Shown here: positions 47,784 to 57,570 of the stretch, in pieces
Position numbering within the stretch: position 1 is the stretch's first letter
Layout of the letters: each line of letters opens with the position of its first letter
DNA from: a phage
Sequence record: PV946933.1
Length of the DNA stretch: 64,000 bases
Reading direction: 5' to 3' (one strand)
Notes under the pieces: model-generated
Databases searched by the model: none
Seen by the model: the letters and a program-made list of their open reading frames with translations, nothing else
Told to the model about the DNA's origin: nothing
Translations under genes and position numbers: made by a program

Positions 47784-47820
47784 GTTTACAAACTCTTGGG
47801 ACCAGAGTATAATGGTCCCT
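47784..47820 (+). promoter_or_regulatory. early promoter embedded in stem-loop (PeSL-like)
   Basis: GTTTAC, -10 GAGTATAAT; inverted repeat GGGACCA/TGGTCCC (47798-47804, 47814-47820) brackets the -10. Confidence 0.45.
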
Positions 47821-47856
47821 GGAGTATAAAATCTTTTTAACAAGTGAGAGATAACT

Positions 47857-48354
47857 ATGATTATTAATATTGGTGAAATTGCTCGTGTATCTGATAAATC
47901 CCGTTCTAAAGCAGCAGGAAAATTGGTTGAAATTGTAAGCATTCAGCTTAAACGTGGTGTTAAAGACGAAGATTCTGAAGTAAAAGTGCGTATCATTCCT
48001 AAAGATGGAAAGTCTAAACCTCAGTTTGGCTATGTTCGTGCGAAATTTCTTGAATCTGCGTTTTTGAAAGCTGTTCCTGCTAAAGGAATTGAAACGATTG
48101 ATACTTCGCATGTAGGTGTAGACTTTAAGTGGAAACTCGGTCAGGCTATTAAGTTCATTGCTCCTTATGAATTCGAATTTACTGAAGATGAGGAAGGGGT
48201 TGTTCAAAAACACCGTACTCGTGCTATGTGCGCATACATTACCGATCAGTGGGTAGAAGATGGCGTTAAGTTGTACAACGCAGTATTTTTAGGAACATAC
48301 AAAGTCATTCCCGAAAGTTGGATTAAACACTATAGCAAAGCCCGCTATGCATAA
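47857..48354 (+). CDS. hypothetical protein (shares C-terminal domain with 47239-47781)
   Basis: 165 aa; C-terminal TDQWVEDGVKLYNAV. Confidence 0.5.
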   Translation: MIINIGEIARVSDKSRSKAAGKLVEIVSIQLKRGVKDEDSEVKVRIIPKDGKSKPQFGYVRAKFLESAFLKAVPAKGIETIDTSHVGVDFKWKLGQAIKFIAPYEFEFTEDEEGVVQKHRTRAMCAYITDQWVEDGVKLYNAVFLGTYKVIPESWIKHYSKARYA

Positions 48355-48383
48355 AATTTAAAATTTTTCATAAAACTATATAC

Positions 48384-48426
48384 ATCAGTAGTTGATTATG
48401 GTACTATATCAATATCAACTACTGAT
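48384..48426 (+). promoter_or_regulatory. -10 element inside 13-bp perfect inverted repeat
   Basis: ATCAGTAGTTGAT (48384-48396) and ATCAACTACTGAT (48414-48426) flank TATGGTACTAT; no canonical GTTTAC -35. Confidence 0.45.
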
Positions 48427-48451
48427 ACAGAAAAACAACTTGGAGAATAAA

Positions 48452-48721
48452 ATGGAAAACTTAATTATCATCGAACAATCTTTCAACGATTATGGTACGG
48501 CTTATGGTTATCGTGCGATAATGGAAGATTCTCGTGGATGTGTTATCGATATTGCTGAATGTAAAGATTTACTGCAGCTTTTGAAGATTGTTCGTAAAAA
48601 TTGGGATTGTGAAAACATTAAAGTTCGTGTTGTAACGGAAGAAGAAACTGTTTTTCATGATGTAAAATTTGCCAAAGGTGCTGCTACTCTTCTGAAACGC
48701 ATCACTCCAATGTTCAATTAA
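48452..48721 (+). CDS. hypothetical protein
   Basis: 89 aa from ATG after GGAG in conserved leader. Confidence 0.45.
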   Translation: MENLIIIEQSFNDYGTAYGYRAIMEDSRGCVIDIAECKDLLQLLKIVRKNWDCENIKVRVVTEEETVFHDVKFAKGAATLLKRITPMFN

Positions 48722-48734
48722 TGAGGAAATTGTA

Positions 48735-48950
48735 ATGAAACGTAAAATTGTTCAGAACTGCACTAATGACGAATTTGAAGATGTATTATTCGATCCAGAT
48801 TTGGTAGTAGTTCAAAAGGAACACACCATTAAGTTTACCCACTTGACTTCGGTTTATGTGTATGAAAAGGTTGGTGATAAACAACCAATTTATGGTGTAT
48901 TTCGTGAAATTACTGAAGATGGCACAACTTACTGGAAGGAAATTTATTAA
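48735..48950 (+). CDS. hypothetical protein (T4 cef-sized)
   Basis: 71-aa ORF. Confidence 0.45.
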   Translation: MKRKIVQNCTNDEFEDVLFDPDLVVVQKEHTIKFTHLTSVYVYEKVGDKQPIYGVFREITEDGTTYWKEIY

Positions 48951-49369
48951 TGGCTATTAAATTTGAAGTTAATAAATGGTATCAATTTAAAAATAAACAA
49001 GCTCAAGAAAATTTTATTAAAGACCATACTGATAACGGAATCTATGCACGACGTTTAGGTATAGAACCTTTTAAAATTTTAGATGTTGACTATTACGGGC
49101 GTCCTACTAAAATTGTGACATCTACTGGCACAATTGGATATTCAACATGTGGTACAGTCATTGACGAAAACTTTATCTGGCTTTCTACTAACGAAGCTGA
49201 GTTCTTTGATGAAGTGGAAAATCCATATCAGGCATCTGAAGAGCAAGAGCAGGAAGAGCAAGAACAAATAGAAGATTTCACAGAATTCCCTGTCATGAAA
49301 GTTACTATTGAAAATAATGAACAGGCATGGTCTTTGTATCAGATGTTGAAAGCACATTTTAAGGAATAA
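48950..49369 (+). CDS. hypothetical protein with acidic Glu/Gln-rich stretch
   Basis: 139-aa ORF. Confidence 0.45.
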   Translation: MAIKFEVNKWYQFKNKQAQENFIKDHTDNGIYARRLGIEPFKILDVDYYGRPTKIVTSTGTIGYSTCGTVIDENFIWLSTNEAEFFDEVENPYQASEEQEQEEQEQIEDFTEFPVMKVTIENNEQAWSLYQMLKAHFKE

Positions 49370-49371
49370 TT

Positions 49372-49548
49372 ATGCCAATGTATGATTATAAATGCCAATC
49401 CGAAGATTGCGGGCATGAATATGAAAAAATTAAAAAGATTTCTGAACGAGAAAATGATGTTTGCCCTAAATGTCATCGTTTGTCTACTCGTCGGCCTTCT
49501 GCTCCTAAGCATGTGAATGGTGGATTTTACGACTTACTTAAAGAGTGA
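49372..49548 (+). CDS. small zinc-ribbon protein (CxxC...CxxC)
   Basis: 58-aa ORF; YDYKCQSEDCGHEY...CPKCHR; below track cut-off. Confidence 0.4.
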   Translation: MPMYDYKCQSEDCGHEYEKIKKISERENDVCPKCHRLSTRRPSAPKHVNGGFYDLLKE

Positions 49549-49550
49549 TT

Positions 49551-49922
49551 ATGTTTAAAATTGGTAAGAAATATCGTGTTCGCGAAGGTGAAGAAAAGAA
49601 ATATCTACTTTCTTCTATTTATAGGAATGGTTCTATTAATGCCGTAATATCTACAAGCGAATTTATCGTTGAAGATATGAAAGGCCATAATGTTACAATG
49701 ATTAGTACAGCATCTGGAAATGATGGAAAAATTCTTCACAGTTTTCAGAGTAATGTTCTAATTTATGATGAAGAATTTGACTTCTTCGAAGAAGTTCCTG
49801 AAGATTTTGATTTTGAATGCACTATCACTATGAAATCTGGCGACCCTCTTTCTTTTACAGTTAAAGATGAAAGAAGTCGCTTGAGAATTATTAGTCTCCT
49901 TCAAGCCATTAAATTTGAGTGA
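49551..49922 (+). CDS. hypothetical protein
   Basis: 123 aa from ATG. Confidence 0.45.
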   Translation: MFKIGKKYRVREGEEKKYLLSSIYRNGSINAVISTSEFIVEDMKGHNVTMISTASGNDGKILHSFQSNVLIYDEEFDFFEEVPEDFDFECTITMKSGDPLSFTVKDERSRLRIISLLQAIKFE

Positions 49923-49926
49923 AATT

Positions 49927-50187
49927 ATGAAATATGTTAATCGTTCTATCGCGGCATTAGTATTAGCAGTATCTTTAGTAGGATGTACTGATGCTGATAA
50001 TGCAACCAAAGTTTTGTCTTCAAGCGGTTTTACTAATATTGAAATCACTGGATATAATTGGTTCGGTTGCTCTGAAAATGATTTCCAACATACTGGATTT
50101 CGTGCTATTGGACCTACCGGGCAGAAAGTAGAAGGAACAGTATGTTCTGGGCTGTTCTTTAAGGATTCAACTATCCGTTTTAAATAA
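49927..50187 (+). CDS. putative lipoprotein
   Basis: 86 aa from ATG; signal peptide with lipobox LVGC; terminator downstream. Confidence 0.5.
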   Translation: MKYVNRSIAALVLAVSLVGCTDADNATKVLSSSGFTNIEITGYNWFGCSENDFQHTGFRAIGPTGQKVEGTVCSGLFFKDSTIRFK

Positions 50188-50188
50188 A

Positions 50189-50205
50189 AGGCCTTCGGGC
50201 CTTTA
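50189..50205 (+). terminator. terminator-like hairpin before gene 39
   Basis: GGCC-TTCG-GGCC then TTT. Confidence 0.5.
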
Positions 50206-50256
50206 GCTTTATGATTACCGGAGTATAATATTCCCGAAACCAAACGAGGATAAGTG

Positions 50257-52074
50257 ATGATTAAGAATGAAATTAAAATTCTGAGCGATATTGAACATAT
50301 CAAAAAGCGTAGTGGCATGTATATTGGCTCTTCTGCTAATGAAATGCATGAGCGCTTTCTGTTTGGTAAATGGGAAAGTGTTCAGTATGTACCTGGTCTT
50401 GTTAAGCTTATTGATGAAATTATCGATAACTCAGTAGATGAAGGTATTCGTACTAAGTTTAAATTCGCAAATAAAATTAATGTTACCATTAAAAATAATC
50501 AGGTAACAGTTGAAGATAACGGTCGTGGTATTCCACAAGCGATGGTTAAAACACCTACGGGTGAAGAAATTCCTGGTCCTGTTGCTGCCTGGACTATTCC
50601 AAAAGCAGGCGGTAACTTTGGTGATGATAAAGAACGCGTCACTGGCGGTATGAACGGTGTTGGTTCTAGTTTAACTAACATTTTTTCTGTGATGTTTGTC
50701 GGTGAAACTGGTGATGGCCAAAATAATATTGTAGTTCGTTGTTCAAACGGCATGGAAAATAAATCATGGGAAACTATTCCTGGAAAATGGAAAGGAACTC
50801 GTGTTACTTTCATTCCCGATTTTATGTCATTTGAAACTAATGAGCTGTCTCAAGTTTATCTTGACATTACACTGGACCGTCTCCAGACACTTGCAGTAGT
50901 TTATCCTGATATTCAATTTACCTTTAATGGTAAAAAGGTTCAGGGTAATTTTAAGAAATATGCACGTCAATATGATGAGCATGCTATCGTTCAAGAACAA
51001 GAAAACTGTTCTATTGCGGTCGGTCGTTCACCGGATGGTTTTCGTCAATTAACATACGTCAATAACATTCATACTAAGAATGGTGGCCATCACATTGACT
51101 GCGTTATGGATGATATTTGTGAAGACCTTATTCCACAAATCAAACGTAAGTTCAAAATTGATGTAACTAAAGCACGTGTTAAAGAATGTTTGACTATCGT
51201 TATGTTTGTTCGTGATATGAAAAACATGCGATTTGACTCTCAAACTAAAGAGCGTCTGACTTCTCCATTTGGTGAAATTCGTAGTCATATTCAGCTTGAT
51301 GCCAAAAAGATTTCACGTGCTATTTTAAATAATGAAGCAATTTTAATGCCAATCATTGAAGCTGCCCTTGCTCGTAAATTGGCGGCAGAAAAAGCAGCAG
51401 AAACTAAAGCAGCTAAAAAGGCTTCTAAAGCTAAGGTTCATAAACATATTAAAGCGAATCTTTGTGGTAAAGATGCTGATACTACTCTTTTCTTGACTGA
51501 GGGTGATTCTGCTATTGGATATCTTATTGATGTTCGTGATAAAGAACTTCATGGTGGTTATCCATTGCGTGGTAAAGTTCTCAACAGTTGGGGTATGTCA
51601 TATGCTGATATGCTTAAAAACAAAGAACTGTTTGATATTTGCGCAATCACTGGATTAGTTCTTGGTGAAAAAGCTGAAAACTTGAATTATCATAATATTG
51701 CTATTATGACTGATGCTGACCATGATGGTCTAGGAAGCATTTATCCTTCTCTGCTCGGATTTTTTAGTAATTGGCCAGAATTGTTTGAACAAGGAAGAAT
51801 TCGCTTTGTCAAAACTCCTGTAATCATCGCTCAGGTCGGTAAAAAACAAGAATGGTTTTATACAGTCGCTGAATATGAGAGTGCTAAAGATGCTCTACCT
51901 AAACATAGCATCCGTTATATTAAGGGACTTGGCTCTTTGGAAAAATCTGAGTATCGTGAGATGATTCAAAATCCAGTATATGATGTTGTTAAACTTCCTG
52001 AGAATTGGAAGGAGCTTTTTGAAATGCTCATGGGAGATAATGCTGACCTTCGTAAAGAATGGATGAGCCAATAG
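50257..52074 (+). CDS. 39: DNA topoisomerase II large subunit gp39 (GyrB-like, uninterrupted)
   Basis: 605 aa from MIKNEIKILSDIEH; one continuous ORF covering the regions split into genes 39 and 60 in T4. Confidence 0.93.
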   Translation: MIKNEIKILSDIEHIKKRSGMYIGSSANEMHERFLFGKWESVQYVPGLVKLIDEIIDNSVDEGIRTKFKFANKINVTIKNNQVTVEDNGRGIPQAMVKTPTGEEIPGPVAAWTIPKAGGNFGDDKERVTGGMNGVGSSLTNIFSVMFVGETGDGQNNIVVRCSNGMENKSWETIPGKWKGTRVTFIPDFMSFETNELSQVYLDITLDRLQTLAVVYPDIQFTFNGKKVQGNFKKYARQYDEHAIVQEQENCSIAVGRSPDGFRQLTYVNNIHTKNGGHHIDCVMDDICEDLIPQIKRKFKIDVTKARVKECLTIVMFVRDMKNMRFDSQTKERLTSPFGEIRSHIQLDAKKISRAILNNEAILMPIIEAALARKLAAEKAAETKAAKKASKAKVHKHIKANLCGKDADTTLFLTEGDSAIGYLIDVRDKELHGGYPLRGKVLNSWGMSYADMLKNKELFDICAITGLVLGEKAENLNYHNIAIMTDADHDGLGSIYPSLLGFFSNWPELFEQGRIRFVKTPVIIAQVGKKQEWFYTVAEYESAKDALPKHSIRYIKGLGSLEKSEYREMIQNPVYDVVKLPENWKELFEMLMGDNADLRKEWMSQ

Positions 52075-52103
52075 TTTACTTTACCACAAGGATGTGGTAT
52101 AAT
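52074..52103 (+). promoter_or_regulatory. early promoter
   Basis: GTTTAC-N18-TGTGGTATAAT; copy of 5937-5966 with one mismatch. Confidence 0.6.
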
Positions 52104-52128
52104 TAATTGGGCAAATGAGGATATTGAA

Positions 52129-52332
52129 ATGAAATCATATAAAGTAAATTTAGAACTTTTTGATAAAGCAGTTCACCGAGAATATAGAATCATTCAACGC
52201 TTTTTCGATATGGGAGAAGCCGAAGAGTTTAAAAACCGCTTTAAGGATATTAGAGATAAAATTCAATCCGACACCGCAACTAAAGATGAACTACTAGAAG
52301 TTGCTGAAGTTATTAAACGCAATATGAATTAA
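52129..52332 (+). CDS. hypothetical protein (rIIA.1 position)
   Basis: 67-aa ORF downstream of promoter GTTTAC-N18-TATAAT. Confidence 0.45.
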   Translation: MKSYKVNLELFDKAVHREYRIIQRFFDMGEAEEFKNRFKDIRDKIQSDTATKDELLEVAEVIKRNMN

Positions 52333-52342
52333 TGAGGAAATT

Positions 52343-54520
52343 ATGATTATCACCACTGAAAAAGAAACAATTCTTGGTAATGGTTCTAAATCAAAAGCAT
52401 TTAGCATCACAGCATCTCCTAAAGTATTTAAAATTCTATCATCTGATTTGTATACAAACAAGATTCGCGCAGTAGTCCGTGAATTGATTACCAACATGAT
52501 TGATGCCCATGCTCTTAATGGAAATCCTGAAAAATTTATCATTCAAGTTCCAGGACGATTAGACCCACGATTTGTTTGTCGAGACTTTGGTCCAGGTATG
52601 AGTGATTTTGATATTCAAGGTGATGATAATTCTCCTGGGCTGTATAATTCATACTTTAGTTCATCTAAGGCTGAATCTAACGATTTCATTGGTGGATTTG
52701 GTTTAGGTTCTAAATCTCCGTTTAGTTATACTGATACGTTTAGTATTACTTCGTACCATAAAGGTGAAATTCGCGGTTATGTAGCTTACATGGATGGTGA
52801 CGGTCCGCAGATTAAACCTACATTCGTAAAAGAAATGGGTCCAAACGATAAAACTGGTATTGAAATCGTAGTTCCAGTTGAAGAAAAAGACTTTAGAAAC
52901 TTTGCTTATGAAGTTTCTTATATCATGCGACCATTCAAAGATTTAGCTATCATTAACGGTCTTGACCGCGAAATTGATTATTTTCCGGATTTTGATGACT
53001 ATTACGGTGTAAATCCAGAAAGATACTGGCCAGATCGTGGTGGATTGTATGCTATCTATGGCGGCATTGTTTATCCTATCGAAGGTGTTATTAGAGATCG
53101 TAACTGGTTAAGCATCCGCAATGAAGTGAATTATATTAAGTTTCCAATGGGTTCACTTGATATTGCTCCATCGCGTGAGGCTCTTTCACTAGATGATCGT
53201 ACTCGTAAAAATATTATTGAGCGTGTTAAAGAGCTCAGTGAGAAGGCATTTAATGAAGATGTAAAACGATTTAAAGAATCTACATCTCCTCGTCATACAT
53301 ACCGTGAATTGATGAAGATGGGGTATTCTGCTCGAGATTATATGATTAGTAATTCGGTCAAATTCACGACTAAAAATCTGTCATATAAGAAGATGCAGAG
53401 CATGTTTGAACCTGACAGTAAGTTATGCAATGCAGGGGTTGTGTATGAAGTAAATCTTTACCCTCGACTGAAACGCATTAAGCAAAGTCATGAAACTTCA
53501 GCCGTTGCGTCAAGCTATCGTTTGTTTGGTATTAACACAACAAAAATTAATATCGTCATTGATAATATTAAAAATCGTGTTAATATTATCCGTGGATTAG
53601 CACGTGCATTAGATGATAGTGAATTTAATAACACTTTAAATATTCATCACAATGAGCGTCTTCTGTTTATTAATCCGGAAGTAGAATCACAGATTGATTT
53701 ACTCCCTGATATTATGGCAATGTTTGAAAGTGATGAAGTTAACATTCATTATTTGTCAGAAATTGAAGCTTTAGTTAAAAGTTATATTCCAAAGGCAGTA
53801 AAAAGTACAGCTCCTCGTCCTAAAACTGCCACTGCATTTAAGTTTGAAATTAAAGACGGGCGCTGGGAAAAAGAGGAATTGTTTACGCTCACATCAGAAG
53901 CAGATGAAATTACTGGTTATGTAGCATACATGCATCGTTCTGATATTTTCTCTATGGATGGTACTACATCGCTTTGTCATCCATCTACGAATATTTTGAT
54001 TCGTATGGCTAATCTTATTGGCATTAATGAATTTTATGTTATTCGTCCACTTTTACAGAAAAAGGTAAAAGAACTCGGTCAGTGTCAATGTATTTTTGAA
54101 ACTCTGCGTGATTTATATGTAGATGCTTTTGATGATGTAGATTATGATAAGTATGTAGGTTATTCAAGTTCAGCTAAACGATATATTGATAAAATTATCA
54201 AGTATCCTGAGTTAGATTTTATGATGAAGTACTTCAGTGTAGATGAAGTTTCCGAAGAATATACTCGCCTTGGTAATATGGTTAGTTCATTGCAGGGTAT
54301 ATATTTCAACGGTGGAAAAGGTACCATCGGTCATGACATCTGGACAGTAACTAATCTTTTTGAAACACTATCATATAATGCTTCAAAAAACAGTGATAAA
54401 ATGGTTGCTGAGTTTACCAAGAAATTCCGTATTGTTTCCGATTTCATCGGTTATCGCAACTCTTTAAGTGATGATGAAGTTTCCCAAATCGCTAAAACTA
54501 TGAAGGCCCTTGCGGCCTAA
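52343..54520 (+). CDS. rIIA: rIIA protein
   Basis: 725 aa; recognised as T4 rIIA. Confidence 0.93.
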   Translation: MIITTEKETILGNGSKSKAFSITASPKVFKILSSDLYTNKIRAVVRELITNMIDAHALNGNPEKFIIQVPGRLDPRFVCRDFGPGMSDFDIQGDDNSPGLYNSYFSSSKAESNDFIGGFGLGSKSPFSYTDTFSITSYHKGEIRGYVAYMDGDGPQIKPTFVKEMGPNDKTGIEIVVPVEEKDFRNFAYEVSYIMRPFKDLAIINGLDREIDYFPDFDDYYGVNPERYWPDRGGLYAIYGGIVYPIEGVIRDRNWLSIRNEVNYIKFPMGSLDIAPSREALSLDDRTRKNIIERVKELSEKAFNEDVKRFKESTSPRHTYRELMKMGYSARDYMISNSVKFTTKNLSYKKMQSMFEPDSKLCNAGVVYEVNLYPRLKRIKQSHETSAVASSYRLFGINTTKINIVIDNIKNRVNIIRGLARALDDSEFNNTLNIHHNERLLFINPEVESQIDLLPDIMAMFESDEVNIHYLSEIEALVKSYIPKAVKSTAPRPKTATAFKFEIKDGRWEKEELFTLTSEADEITGYVAYMHRSDIFSMDGTTSLCHPSTNILIRMANLIGINEFYVIRPLLQKKVKELGQCQCIFETLRDLYVDAFDDVDYDKYVGYSSSAKRYIDKIIKYPELDFMMKYFSVDEVSEEYTRLGNMVSSLQGIYFNGGKGTIGHDIWTVTNLFETLSYNASKNSDKMVAEFTKKFRIVSDFIGYRNSLSDDEVSQIAKTMKALAA

Positions 54521-54531
54521 TAAGGAAAATT

Positions 54532-55470
54532 ATGTACAATATTAAATGCCTGACCAAAAACGAACAAGCTGAAATTGTCAAACTGTATTCAAGCGGTAAT
54601 TATACCCAACAGGAATTGGCTGATTGGCAAGGTGTATCGGTTGACACAATCCGTCGTGTTTTGAAAAATGCTGAAGAAGCTGAACGCTCCAAAGTTACCA
54701 TTAGCGGTGACATTACAGTTGAAGTTAAGAGTGATGTAGCTATTGCTCCAGTTGCTAAATCTGACATTATTTGGAATGCATCTAAAAAATTCATTTCAAT
54801 TACTGTTGACGGTGTAACTTATAACGCAACTCCTAATACTCATTCAAACTTCCAAGAAATTCTTAATCTGCTTGTAGCGGATAAGTTGGAAGAAGCAGCG
54901 CAAAAAATTAACGTTCGTCGCGCTGTTGAAAAATATATTTCTGGTGATGTTCGAATTGAAGGTGGAAGCTTGTTCTATCAAAACATTGAATTGCGGTCTG
55001 GTTTAGTTGATCGTATTCTTGATTCGATGGAAAAAGGCGAAAACTTTGAATTTTATTTTCCGTTCTTGGAAAATCTGCTGGAAAATCCAAGCCAAAAAGC
55101 GGTGTCTCGACTCTTTGATTTCTTGGTAGCAAACGATATTGAAATTACAGAAGACGGCTACTTCTATGCTTGGAAAGTAGTTCGTAGCAATTACTTTGAC
55201 TGTCACTCAAATACCTTTGATAACAGTCCTGGTAAAGTAGTTAAAATGCCACGTACTCGTGTGAATGACGATGATACACAAACTTGTTCTCGTGGTCTGC
55301 ATGTGTGTTCTAAATCTTATATTCGTCACTTTGGCAGTTCAACCAGCCGAGTTGTAAAAGTTAAAGTACATCCTCGCGATGTAGTATCAATTCCGATTGA
55401 TTACAACGATGCTAAAATGCGTACCTGCCAATACGAAGTAGTTGAAGACGTTACTGAACAATTTAAATAA
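54532..55470 (+). CDS. rIIB: rIIB protein
   Basis: 312 aa; recognised as T4 rIIB. Confidence 0.93.
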   Translation: MYNIKCLTKNEQAEIVKLYSSGNYTQQELADWQGVSVDTIRRVLKNAEEAERSKVTISGDITVEVKSDVAIAPVAKSDIIWNASKKFISITVDGVTYNATPNTHSNFQEILNLLVADKLEEAAQKINVRRAVEKYISGDVRIEGGSLFYQNIELRSGLVDRILDSMEKGENFEFYFPFLENLLENPSQKAVSRLFDFLVANDIEITEDGYFYAWKVVRSNYFDCHSNTFDNSPGKVVKMPRTRVNDDDTQTCSRGLHVCSKSYIRHFGSSTSRVVKVKVHPRDVVSIPIDYNDAKMRTCQYEVVEDVTEQFK

Positions 55471-55484
55471 GGGCTTCGGCCCTT
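55471..55484 (+). terminator. UUCG-loop hairpin after rIIB (weak)
   Basis: GGGC-TTCG-GCCC; short T-tract. Confidence 0.35.
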
Positions 55485-55498
55485 AACTAAGGAAAATT

Positions 55499-55693
55499 AT
55501 GTTAGGTTATCAAGCACGAGTAAAAGAAGAATACGATCAATTAATGCTCAAAATTAATGCGCTGAGCAAATTTTTAGAAAGCACAAAGTTTATAACGATT
55601 AATGAAGTTGAGCAAGAATTACTGCTTTCACAATTCATCTCAATGAAATCTTACGCAGATTGTTTAGAGAAAAGAATTGCACAATTCAAATAA
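55499..55693 (+). CDS. hypothetical protein
   Basis: 64-aa ORF bracketed by two terminator-like hairpins. Confidence 0.45.
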   Translation: MLGYQARVKEEYDQLMLKINALSKFLESTKFITINEVEQELLLSQFISMKSYADCLEKRIAQFK

Positions 55694-55699
55694 AATAAA

Positions 55700-55720
55700 G
55701 GGCTTCGGCCCTTTTGTTTT
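55700..55720 (+). terminator. rho-independent terminator
   Basis: GGGC-TTCG-GCCC then TTTTGTTTT. Confidence 0.6.
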
Positions 55721-55779
55721 AAGGGAAACTATGATTTATTATATTAACATCAGTGATTCCGACGTAAAAGGAAAGTTTA

Positions 55780-56337
55780 ATGCAGAAAACGAATCCGGGT
55801 TTACAGAGACTATTTCAGATTCCGACATTTACCCTATCGAACAATGACTTGACTAGTGAAATGAAGGTCAAAATTGCTGATACAGCAAGATATTCTTTAA
55901 AACAAAATCCTAATCAGGATAAAGCAGAAGTTATTGAAAGATGTCGTATCGCTGTGTACGCAGAGTTTTTTGTAGCAGATTGGCTAAGCGGGTATGTTAA
56001 CAAAGGCCAAGAGGATGTTAATGACCCGTATACATACGCATGGGATGTATTGGCGCATCCAAAATACTGTGGGCTTCGTGTAGAAGTCAAAACACATCAA
56101 ACTGACTCACGTTGGATTTCGGTAACAACCGGATGCAGCGGAGAGTATCCATACGGTTCTGGAATAAATCTAGGGCCCATTCTAAATCATCAAGTCGCTG
56201 ACTGTATAATTATATTCAACACTAAAGAAATTCATCCAGGTGTCATCCAGTACACTCCGAAGTTCATCGGTGATAGAGAAGACCTTCGTAAGGTTGTAAG
56301 AAAAAGCAACTACAACGGATGGTATCTTTCCATTTAA
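55780..56337 (+). CDS. denB: endonuclease IV (DenB)
   Basis: 185 aa in T4 denB position after rIIB. Confidence 0.75.
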   Translation: MQKTNPGLQRLFQIPTFTLSNNDLTSEMKVKIADTARYSLKQNPNQDKAEVIERCRIAVYAEFFVADWLSGYVNKGQEDVNDPYTYAWDVLAHPKYCGLRVEVKTHQTDSRWISVTTGCSGEYPYGSGINLGPILNHQVADCIIIFNTKEIHPGVIQYTPKFIGDREDLRKVVRKSNYNGWYLSI

Positions 56338-56353
56338 AAATTTTCACAAAACG

Positions 56354-56383
56354 GTTTACATACCACAAGGACTGTGGTACTAT
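56354..56383 (+). promoter_or_regulatory. early promoter
   Basis: GTTTAC-N18-TGTGGTACTAT plus conserved leader. Confidence 0.6.
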
Positions 56384-56417
56384 ACAACTATCAACTGATA
56401 CGGATTTGGAGAATAAA

Positions 56418-56624
56418 ATGTTTACTACAGCTGAATTAAAACGAGCAAAAGCTAAGAAAGGGAAAGGAAAATATAAAGCTGAATTAGTTAAAGAACTTCA
56501 GTTTGCTGAGGCTGAATTGAATTCAATGATTATTCAAAATGCTCCAGAAACTGAAATTGCTCTTAAACGTATTGCGAATAAGTGTCTTCGTGATGCAATT
56601 GTCGATCTTTTAGCGGATTATTGA
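56418..56624 (+). CDS. hypothetical protein (ndd-upstream cluster)
   Basis: 68 aa from ATG after GGAG in conserved leader. Confidence 0.4.
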   Translation: MFTTAELKRAKAKKGKGKYKAELVKELQFAEAELNSMIIQNAPETEIALKRIANKCLRDAIVDLLADY

Positions 56625-56629
56625 GTAAA

Positions 56630-56893
56630 ATGAAATTTAAATTTTATTACGCTAAACATAAAATAACTGATGAGTTTGTGTCAGTTGAATATTCTAGCGA
56701 TGATGAAGGAATGATTTATACTCGCTTGGGACTATCGCACTGGGAGTCTGACACGCCTTATTTTTCAACTCCCGAAGAAATTACACGCTTAGTTAATGGT
56801 CATATGAATGACCACTGGAATGTAATTCTTTCAGATAGTCTTAAAGCGGCTATTAATAGTAATGAAATGAAAATCGCTGAGATTGAACTATGA
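56630..56893 (+). CDS. hypothetical protein
   Basis: 87 aa from ATG. Confidence 0.4.
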   Translation: MKFKFYYAKHKITDEFVSVEYSSDDEGMIYTRLGLSHWESDTPYFSTPEEITRLVNGHMNDHWNVILSDSLKAAINSNEMKIAEIEL

Positions 56894-56976
56894 GTTCATT
56901 GTGGTGGTGTTTTATTTGGTTAATTAGTATTCCATTAATTTGTTTAACATTTACTTTTGTGATGAGGTTATTATGA
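56890..56976 (+). CDS. tiny hydrophobic peptide
   Basis: 28-aa ORF MSSLWWCFIWLISIPLICLTF..., ATG overlaps upstream stop. Confidence 0.25.
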   Translation: MSSLWWCFIWLISIPLICLTFTFVMRLL

Positions 56977-57071
56977 AAATTTTGAATTCTGTACTTATTG
57001 CTTGTGCGTGGTGGGTTGCGCAAGTTTCGGCAGTAGTGATTGGTATTCACATTTATTACGAATATTTTTAA
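56973..57071 (+). CDS. tiny hydrophobic peptide
   Basis: 32-aa ORF MKILNSVLIACAWWVAQVSAVVIGIHIYYEYF. Confidence 0.25.
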   Translation: MKILNSVLIACAWWVAQVSAVVIGIHIYYEYF

Positions 57072-57078
57072 AAAAGTT

Positions 57079-57131
57079 GTTTACAAGACTGTTCCTCTGT
57101 GGTATTATTACTCTATCAACTACGGAGGAAC
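57079..57131 (+). promoter_or_regulatory. early promoter with SD-pairing inverted repeat
   Basis: near-copy of 2961-3013: GTTTACAAGACTGTTCCTCTGTGGTATTAT ... CGGAGGAAC. Confidence 0.55.
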
Positions 57132-57136
57132 AGAAA

Positions 57137-57250
57137 ATGAAAAAGATTGTTAAAGCTATATGGAATGTAGTTATAATACTAGTAGTTTTGAGTATATTCC
57201 CAATCGTTTTAATGATTGATGTATTAAACGCTTACTTTGGATTTATGTGA
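57137..57250 (+). CDS. tiny hydrophobic peptide
   Basis: 37 aa from ATG after GGAGG in promoter leader. Confidence 0.3.
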   Translation: MKKIVKAIWNVVIILVVLSIFPIVLMIDVLNAYFGFM

Positions 57251-57257
57251 GGAAAAT

Positions 57258-57455
57258 ATGAAGCGTAAACGCAGTGCTTTTACATTTATGGAATGGTTTT
57301 TCGATAATATTTTTCCGGCTTTATTCATTTTTATGTTGATTTTCGCCTTGGGTTCAGTTGTAGTTGGAATTTATTTGATGGCAGTTGTCGGAATGGATAT
57401 TCACCAAAATGGTTTGAAATCTGTGGTTGAAACAATTTGGAATGGTGTAAAATAA
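57258..57455 (+). CDS. small membrane protein
   Basis: 65 aa from ATG after GAGGA; hydrophobic core. Confidence 0.4.
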   Translation: MKRKRSAFTFMEWFFDNIFPALFIFMLIFALGSVVVGIYLMAVVGMDIHQNGLKSVVETIWNGVK

Positions 57456-57562
57456 TGAATTTACTAAGCATTTGGTTTTATATTCTTGTATTTTACATTG
57501 GCGCAAATATCCCATATTGGATGGGATGGTCAACAACTGCATTTGGATTTTATACTCCCTGA
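57455..57562 (+). CDS. tiny hydrophobic peptide
   Basis: 35-aa ORF, ATG overlaps upstream stop. Confidence 0.3.
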   Translation: MNLLSIWFYILVFYIGANIPYWMGWSTTAFGFYTP

Positions 57563-57570
57563 GGTGAATT

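Noticed and set aside
49758-50318. 186-aa ORF on the - strand spanning the lipoprotein gene, a terminator hairpin and the start of gene 39
   Set aside because: Overlaps two supported + strand genes and a terminator; most likely a chance open frame in AT-rich sequence.
52075-52342. Looked for a gene 60-style translational bypass element or mobA-type insertion downstream of gene 39
   Set aside because: Gene 39 already encodes the full 605-aa subunit; the interval holds only a promoter and a 67-aa ORF before rIIA.
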